NCBI GenBank assembly: GCA_017961285.1
Contig: JAGCXO010000032.1
Span: 1 to 58,249 of the forward strand
DNA length: 58,249 nucleotides
Source of the DNA: Alphaproteobacteria bacterium
GTDB lineage: Bacteria; Pseudomonadota; Alphaproteobacteria; RF32; CAG-239
Direction: 5' to 3'
Shown: one piece after another, positions 40,341 to 45,887 of the stretch
Position numbering within the stretch: the stretch's first letter is position 1
Layout: each line of letters begins with the position of its first letter
The notes under the pieces: model-generated
Told to the model about the DNA's origin: nothing
Seen by the model: only the letters and a program-made list of their open reading frames with translations
The model's database searches: none
Made by a program: the position numbers and the translations under genes

Positions 40341-40369
40341 ACTTTAGATAATAATCATTACTTTGTCAA
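40341..40369 (-). promoter_or_regulatory. Sigma70-like promoter of element 1
   Basis: TTGACA-N17-TAAAGT. Confidence 0.65.
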
Positions 40370-40451
40370 ACAAAAAACTTTTGCTTCACATGATTAAAGA
40401 AATTCGAGGATTCTTGATTTTTGCTGCACAAAAAAGGGATAATATTTTGGA

Positions 40452-40492
40452 AACAAAAAAACTCCGGCAAGAATGTCGGAGTTTTTTGATTT
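40452..40492. terminator. rpsI terminator (copy B of the direct repeat)
   Basis: AAAAAACTCCGGC-aagaat-GTCGGAGTTTTTT, 15 nt downstream of the rpsI stop. Confidence 0.9.
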
Positions 40493-40507
40493 GATAAACA
40501 ACAAAGA

Positions 40508-40981
40508 TTAACGTTTGCTGAATTGATAAGAACGGCGGGCTTTGGCAAGACCGTATTTCTTACGTTCAACAACGCGGTCATCACGGGTCAAGAATCCGGC
40601 TTTCTTCAAAGCTGCACGCAATTCCGGCTCATATTCGTTCAGGGCCTTGGAAATGCCGTGTTTGATAGCACCGGCTTGACCGGACAATCCACCACCGCTA
40701 ACGGTGCAGACTACGTCAAATTCATTTTCACGGTTAGTAACCTCGAAAGGTTGGTTGATTACCATTTTCAAAACTGGACGAGCAAAATATTCGTCAATGT
40801 TCTTTGAATTTACGGTAATATTGCCTTTTCCGGGCTTTAACCATACGCGAGCAACAGCATCTTTTCTTTTACCGGTAGCATAAGCACGGCCGAGTTTGTC
40901 GCGGTTAGATTTGCGAGCCTCGGTTTTTTCTTCTTTTGCGGTTACTTTAATATCTTTTAATGATTCTACTTTTTTAACCAT
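40508..40981 (-). CDS. rpsI: 30S ribosomal protein S9
   Basis: [45 protein letters not shown]. Confidence 0.98.
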   Translation of the reverse strand: MVKKVESLKDIKVTAKEEKTEARKSNRDKLGRAYATGKRKDAVARVWLKPGKGNITVNSKNIDEYFARPVLKMVINQPFEVTNRENEFDVVCTVSGGGLSGQAGAIKHGISKALNEYEPELRAALKKAGFLTRDDRVVERKKYGLAKARRSYQFSKR

Positions 40982-41448
40982 TATAGTGCACTCCTCTTAT
41001 TCTTTGGGTTTTGAGCGGCGATATCCAACACAATCGGATTTTGAGCTGCATGAGGATGATTTTCACCGGCATAAACTTTGAGTTTTGTCATTTGTTGACG
41101 GCCAAGAGGATTGCGAGAAATCATTCTCTCTACCGCTTTTTCAATCACGCGACCAGGGAACTTGCCGGCCAAAATTTTGGCAGGAGTAGTTTCTTTGATG
41201 CCGCCAATCCAACCGGTATGTTTATAATATACCTTATCGGTCAATTTTTTACCGGTCAATTTTACTTTGTCAGCATTGATAACGATTACATAGTCGCCAC
41301 AGTCCAAATTGGGAACAAAGCAAGGTTTGTGTTTGCCGCGCAAAATTTTTGCAACTTCGGCAGCCAAACGGCCTAATACAACGCCTTGTGCGTCAACTAC
41401 GTACCATTTTCTTTCAATATCTGACGGTTTTGTAGCATAAGTGTTCAT
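40981..41448 (-). CDS. rplM: 50S ribosomal protein L13
   Basis: [36 protein letters not shown]. Confidence 0.98.
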   Translation of the reverse strand: MNTYATKPSDIERKWYVVDAQGVVLGRLAAEVAKILRGKHKPCFVPNLDCGDYVIVINADKVKLTGKKLTDKVYYKHTGWIGGIKETTPAKILAGKFPGRVIEKAVERMISRNPLGRQQMTKLKVYAGENHPHAAQNPIVLDIAAQNPKNKRSAL

Positions 41449-41487
41449 ATTATCTCTCTTTTATAAATATGGGTTAAATTCTCGCTT

Positions 41488-41515
41488 AATATATACAAAG
41501 TTTTTTTGTTGTCAA
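41488..41515 (-). promoter_or_regulatory. Putative rplM promoter
   Basis: TTGACA-N16-TATATT. Confidence 0.5.
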
Positions 41516-41595
41516 TATAAAAAAACACAAAAAAATCAAATAAATATTGCACGGTATTATTATACCGTTTATTATCTTGTTGTTTTCTTTTGATT

Positions 41596-41994
41596 TTATT
41601 TACAGGTGTATATCAAATAACGACTATACGAAAAAGCTCCGCCGCCGAAAGCACTGGTATTGAAAGATGTTTGAGATTTGCCGAAACCTTGCGCTGATGC
41701 TCCGTTAGGGAAAATTCCGGCTTGTGCATTGATATTCGTGTTGGTATCTACATTTCCAAAAATCTGATTACCATTCAAAAAGCCGTTTGCCTGCTCGTTT
41801 GCCACAATAACATCAAACCCCATCGGGCAAGTTTTTCCGGCAAGGCGTAAGCAGTCTCCCATATTCAAAGTTTTTAAGTTGCCGCCGCAATCCGCCTGAT
41901 AGACTGTTTGTCCTTTTTCGTTGGTATATAAAATTCTGTTGCTGGTGCAAGCGGATAAGATAATAAAAAATGCAAGGACTAAAAATTTTTTCAT
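41596..41994 (-). CDS. Small lipoprotein of a prophage-associated type
   Basis: MKKFLVLAFFIILSAC lipobox with GAGG SD; VYQADCGG..DCLRLAGKTCPMGFDVI. Confidence 0.75.
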   Translation of the reverse strand: MKKFLVLAFFIILSACTSNRILYTNEKGQTVYQADCGGNLKTLNMGDCLRLAGKTCPMGFDVIVANEQANGFLNGNQIFGNVDTNTNINAQAGIFPNGASAQGFGKSQTSFNTSAFGGGAFSYSRYLIYTCK

Positions 41995-42022
41995 TTCAAC
42001 CTCTCTTTTTGTGAAAAAAAAA

Positions 42023-42266
42023 TAAAAAATACCGCCTTGCAAAAGGCGGTCGGAGAGTTCGAAAATCATATTTCGCAAAATGACTCTTTTAGCCTTTAGA
42101 AAACAAGTTTCCTGGACATACGCTAAAAGCTCCCCGACCTTTATCGGGGATAATTGTTGTTTTTCAAAAAACAACTGACGATGCTATCCAACACCGTGCG
42201 AAATAAGAGCTTTCGACAGCCCCGCACCTTTGCAGGCGCTGGCTTGTTTTGTTACAAAGCAAGCTT
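42023..42266 (-). ncRNA. Candidate structured ncRNA/attenuator, element 2
   Basis: GCAA-loop hairpin; closing stem TCGAAA..TATTTCGCA / TGCGAAATA..TTTTCGA; three internal hairpins; terminator ACCGCCTT-ttgc-AAGGCGGT plus U-tract. Confidence 0.55.
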
Positions 42267-42272
42267 GTTTGA

Positions 42273-42301
42273 AGTTTATGTGTATTTAATATCAAAGTCA
42301 A
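42273..42301 (-). promoter_or_regulatory. Sigma70-like promoter of element 2
   Basis: TTGACT-N17-TAAACT. Confidence 0.65.
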
Positions 42302-42512
42302 TAAAATTATCAAAGTATAAGGTAGTTGTTCTATCCAGCCTGCTAAGATCGACAAATATTGGTTTATCGACAACTTTTTCCGGTTTATAGGGTTCAGCCC
42401 AGCAGCGACAGTTGTAATCTTCCCCTGGGTTGCCACCTTCTGGGGGAATATGTTTGTTAAATATTTTTCCTTCGCGGGCTTTGTGGCTGGGGCGGACTTT
42501 GTCATCGTCTTT
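42276..42512 (-). pseudogene. Phage MuF (SPP1 gp7/Mu gpF-like) head-protein domain fragment
   Basis: Manual translation: KDDDKVRPSHKAREGKIFNKHIPPEGGNPGEDYNCRCWAEPY; no start codon, in-frame stop just upstream; not in the ORF track. Confidence 0.85.
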
Positions 42513-42556
42513 GTAACGCGGGTCTATTAGCTTTTACTATGACACAGCTTATAAAT

Positions 42557-42673
42557 TTATATCATTTGCAAAAAAACAGCTAGAAACCACAGTGAAGATA
42601 AAAAAATACATTTTGCAATCAATGGATGGTTACGCATATTACTTGTTCCGATTAAAAATAGAAGTAAAAAAAT
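42557..42673 (-). pseudogene. 3' fragment of a small two-TM membrane (immunity-like) gene
   Basis: IFLLLFLIGTSNMRNHPLIAKCIFLSSLWFLAVFLQMI begins at the point where the upstream Tlde1-like similarity ends. Confidence 0.4.
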
Positions 42674-42950
42674 TTGGCCCTTTGTTGGCAATATTTTGGT
42701 ATTGGGCACTTTGAAAATCTGGTTGTCCAGACATCGCATCTAAATTAGCTACCTGTCCGTTATTATTATGCAATCCCAAATTTTGCCCATCAAAAGTCAT
42801 ATAACAGTTTGGATCATTAGATGTTGGTTGCAGTTGACTTGACGTCTGCATATTCTTAATATTGCTTCCGATATTAGAAGTTCCAAAGCCGTAGTTATTA
42901 TCCGCATTAGTTCCCCAAAAGTTGGTTGTATACTGTGGATAGTTTGTCAT
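42639..42950 (-). pseudogene. Orphan toxin-tip cassette: shared repeat plus truncated DUF2778/Tlde1-like domain
   Basis: First 36 aa duplicate part of 43193-44017; then YMTFDGQNL..AMSGQPDFQSAQYQNIANKGP, truncated at the GP motif; ATGA overlap with the upstream gene. Confidence 0.65.
42843..42942. repeat. 100-bp direct repeat, copy 2
   Basis: 98/100 identical to 43739-43838. Confidence 0.97.
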
Positions 42951-43126
42951 TCCATCATTCGCAGTTCAACCCACGTTTGTTTACACCAATCTTTCGTTTT
43001 TCCTGATAATATACATTCATTAACATATTCATGTTTTAGATAGACTTCAAATAGAAACAGTAATACTAAATAAATTACAGGTATTGCTAATACGACAAGT
43101 AAGCTCTTAAAAATTTTCTTTTTCAT
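42947..43126 (-). CDS. Small single-TM protein, putative immunity protein
   Basis: MKKKIFKSLLVVLAIPVIYLVLLFLF..ECILSGKTKDWCK; GAGGG SD; directly follows the putative toxin gene. Confidence 0.6.
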   Translation of the reverse strand: MKKKIFKSLLVVLAIPVIYLVLLFLFEVYLKHEYVNECILSGKTKDWCKQTWVELRMME

Positions 43127-43192
43127 GCGTCCCTCAAATATTAAGATATGACGAGCATTATATAAATAAATGCTCATCATATCAATATCAAT

Positions 43193-44017
43193 TTATTTAA
43201 TGCCTAGCTTTCGCATATTTGGCGTTCTTCTATCATCAAGTAAATCCTCGCAACTTGTATTCGGATTATAATATCCTAGATTACTACCATAAAGATTATT
43301 TTGCAAATCTTTTTGACTATCTTCCATGATTTCATCATGACTCTGTCCTGTAATTCTTTTAACTGGATAATCCATAAGGTATTCTTTAGCATAGCCAAGT
43401 GCTATACCATTTCTTCTGCTCTTAGGACTAATTTTGGCAAGTTCACACTGCAAAAGAGGATGATAATAATTATCTATATCCGCACCTTGACCGGAGCCAA
43501 AAGTTTTTACGAGTTGGTTTCCTGTTTGTTTCATTTTTTTCCAATAATCATATGCTATTTTTGTATCAGCCGCTAGTTCTCCTAAATTTTCTCTAGCTTT
43601 CCTAATTTGTTCCGGTATAGACATTATACCATTTACAGCGGTATTTCCCCACTGTTTAACCGTATTCCAAGCACTGCTTTCCGGTTGTTGAGAAACCTGA
43701 GGTTGAACAGGTTGAGGTTGTTGCGGAACAGGTGCCATCGTCTGCATATTCTTAATATTGCTTCCGATATTAGAAGTTCCAAAGCCGTAGTTATTATCCG
43801 CATTAGTTCTCCAAAAGTTGGTTGTATACTGCGGATAGGTCGTTATCCCCTGATTATTCATCTTCGTCATCAGGTCATTTTCTCGGTTAACTCGTGCCGT
43901 TTGATATGCTAACTCATCACGCGTCGTAAACCCAGAGTGATCAACACCATAGGTGTCAATCGGATTACCGTTGCTTGCATACCCCAACGGCGAGGTGTAC
44001 TGTTTCCAAAAGCTCAT
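43193..44017 (-). CDS. Putative polymorphic toxin: novel N-terminal domain, P/Q linker, serum-amyloid-A-like tip
   Basis: GGAGGT SD; GADIDNYYH..CELAK..AKE..DSQKDLQNNLYG resembles SAA GADKYFH..DAAQ..ARE..DSLADQAANEWG. Confidence 0.6.
   Translation of the reverse strand: MSFWKQYTSPLGYASNGNPIDTYGVDHSGFTTRDELAYQTARVNRENDLMTKMNNQGITTYPQYTTNFWRTNADNNYGFGTSNIGSNIKNMQTMAPVPQQPQPVQPQVSQQPESSAWNTVKQWGNTAVNGIMSIPEQIRKARENLGELAADTKIAYDYWKKMKQTGNQLVKTFGSGQGADIDNYYHPLLQCELAKISPKSRRNGIALGYAKEYLMDYPVKRITGQSHDEIMEDSQKDLQNNLYGSNLGYYNPNTSCEDLLDDRRTPNMRKLGIK
43739..43838. repeat. 100-bp direct repeat, copy 1
   Basis: Encodes YPQYTTNFWRTNADNNYGFGTSNIGSNIKNMQT. Confidence 0.97.
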
Positions 44018-44094
44018 TTTATACCTCCTTTGTTGACAATTATAGTAAACAGTATTTTACTACTATCACAAAAAGGAATCAGCGTCTATCCGCC

Positions 44095-44126
44095 ATAGTT
44101 AGCAAGGTTCTAGCTATAGTTAGCAA
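44095..44126. repeat. Short direct repeat ATAGTTAGCAA x2 (21-bp period)
   Basis: Copies at 44095-44105 and 44116-44126, across the stop of the upstream gene. Confidence 0.7.
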
Positions 44127-44574
44127 AAGCTTTTTTAAATTCTCGATTGTTGGCTTGGGCTAATTGATTGAGCTTGTTTTCTATGTTTGTATTTTTATAC
44201 GGAATATCCACAGTTTTAGCTTTATTCTTAAGAAACCAGATAACAAAAGCTCTTGCTGAAAGAGTTTTTCCTGATTTTTGATATTCCTTAAAATGCCGAT
44301 ATTGCAAATTCTTAAAATAATCCCTAAACGGAGCGTATTTTTTATCGCGCTGTTTACCGCGATTTATTGCTTGTTGCTTTCTATCTATTTTTATGGCTGC
44401 ATCAGTGCTTGTTGCACGCATTTCACACCATTCTTCTCTGCTTTCGGCTTGCATCTCTTTTGCCCATGCGATTATTTCTTGTTGTAATTTCTTGTTTTTG
44501 AGCAACTCTTTATTATGTATAAACAAACTATTTAATTTGCGCAAGGACTCGCCGGGTATAGTTTCTTCTTCCAT
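44110..44574 (-). CDS. Hypothetical basic helical protein
   Basis: 154-aa ORF with AGGA SD; no family recognised. Confidence 0.6.
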   Translation of the reverse strand: MEEETIPGESLRKLNSLFIHNKELLKNKKLQQEIIAWAKEMQAESREEWCEMRATSTDAAIKIDRKQQAINRGKQRDKKYAPFRDYFKNLQYRHFKEYQKSGKTLSARAFVIWFLKNKAKTVDIPYKNTNIENKLNQLAQANNREFKKAFANYS

Positions 44575-44590
44575 GTTTTTCCTATAAAAA

Positions 44591-44624
44591 AATCTGCACC
44601 TAACTGTTAATTAAGGTGCAGATT
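44591..44624. terminator. Intrinsic terminator
   Basis: AATCTGCACCT..AGGTGCAGATT flanked by A-tracts (U-tract on the minus strand). Confidence 0.75.
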
Positions 44625-44649
44625 ATAAAAAATCAAGTTTTCGGAAAAG

Positions 44650-45132
44650 CTATTCTTCTACATATTCCTTCAATGCAGATAAAGCTTTTGTGCAGAGATT
44701 GTACTCGTGGTAATGCTTTCCACTTGTGCCATCTAATCCCCCTTGCTTTCTGAAAATTAGGACAATGTCTTTTGATTTTTCAGACGGCTCAACTGTGGTT
44801 GTCTGCCATCCTTGCATTAGAGGGAGCTGAATCACCTCTATTTTGCCGTCGCGACAATCACAAACCCCCATGTTCGGGATAAGAACAACACCTCGTGCGT
44901 TTTTGAAAGGGTTGCCCCAATTGAGCATAAATTTGGGACAGATGGTATCCCCTTTGTCATCTACGAGAGACCAGTAATCTTCTCTCTCGGTACCGGTGTA
45001 TTGATTGCGGTATGTGACGACTTCGTTCACTACCGTAAGGTTGGTACCTTCAATGTTAAACCTTCTTACTTCTTTTTCCTCACAAGAGGATAAGAGTGCC
45101 ATAATGGCAATCACAAATAATATTTTTTTCAT
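44650..45132 (-). CDS. Lipoprotein, hypothetical
   Basis: MKKILFVIAIMALLSSC lipobox. Confidence 0.75.
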   Translation of the reverse strand: MKKILFVIAIMALLSSCEEKEVRRFNIEGTNLTVVNEVVTYRNQYTGTEREDYWSLVDDKGDTICPKFMLNWGNPFKNARGVVLIPNMGVCDCRDGKIEVIQLPLMQGWQTTTVEPSEKSKDIVLIFRKQGGLDGTSGKHYHEYNLCTKALSALKEYVEE

Positions 45133-45288
45133 ATAAAAATCACCGGGTAATGTATTGAGTTAAGTTTCCCCCTGAAAAAAACAAAGAACAGAATATTCTC
45201 TCAATACTATTATTAATAATCAATCTTCTGATGTCTTTTTATCACAAATTAGACAAAAAATCAAGTATTTTTTTCTAATATTTAAGAC

Positions 45289-45320
45289 AAAAGGCGGTTG
45301 ATTAGACCGCCTTATTTTTT
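45289..45320. terminator. Terminator downstream of the cyclophilin gene
   Basis: AAGGCGGT-tgattag-ACCGCCTT. Confidence 0.65.
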
Positions 45321-45335
45321 AGTTCTTGTTGCCGA

Positions 45336-45887
45336 TTATTTCTTGATGTCGGCGACAACTTTCATGGAAATAATTTTATCCGGATCGATAACAGTGCCGT
45401 TGTTGCGCTCGTCACCGCGTTTGATGTTGTCAACATATTGCATACCGGAAATTACTTGTCCCCAAACGGTGTATTGTCCGTCTAAGAAATGTGAATCCTT
45501 AAAGCAGATAAAAAACTGGCTGTCGGCAGAGTTGGGATCAGCTGCACGTGCCATAGAAACAGCCCCGCGAACATGAGGTTTTGTGTTGAATTCGGCATCT
45601 AATTTTTTGCCGCTACCACCGGTGCCATTACCTAAAGGATCGCCGGTTTGAGCCATAAAACCTTCTATAACGCGGTGAAATTTCAGACCATCATAAAAAC
45701 CTTGACGGACAAGCTCTTTGATGCGGGCAACGTGATTGGGAGCAACGTCGGGATACATTTGAATCAATACATCGCCGTCTTTGAGTTTCAAAAGCAATGT
45801 GTTTTCAGGGTCGTTGACCTCATAAGCATTGGCACTTGCACATGTAAGGGCAAAAAACATGGTAAATAATTTTAAGAATTTTAACAT
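45336..45887 (-). CDS. Cyclophilin-type peptidyl-prolyl isomerase (exported)
   Basis: FYDGLKFHRVIEGFMAQTGDP, SMARAADPNSADSQFFI, YTVWGQV. Confidence 0.95.
   Translation of the reverse strand: MLKFLKLFTMFFALTCASANAYEVNDPENTLLLKLKDGDVLIQMYPDVAPNHVARIKELVRQGFYDGLKFHRVIEGFMAQTGDPLGNGTGGSGKKLDAEFNTKPHVRGAVSMARAADPNSADSQFFICFKDSHFLDGQYTVWGQVISGMQYVDNIKRGDERNNGTVIDPDKIISMKVVADIKK

Noticed and set aside
41995-42174. 60-aa N-terminal extension of the lipoprotein in the 192-aa ORF
   Set aside because: It runs through the RNA element and terminator; the lipobox and SD indicate a start at 41994. A leader-peptide role cannot be fully excluded.
40121-42266. Elements 1 and 2 as tmRNA pieces, 6S, SRP or a known riboswitch
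   Set aside because: No CCA acceptor end or tag frame, no single rod with central bubble, no SRP loop and no aptamer consensus recognised by eye; needs cmscan.
42164-42505. 113-aa ORF MTKSAPATK.. in the track
   Set aside because: It overlaps the MuF signature in another frame and has no recognisable features.
38280-45250. Intact prophage, ICE or IS
   Set aside because: No integrase, transposase, terminase, capsid or relaxase; only remnants and cassettes are supported.
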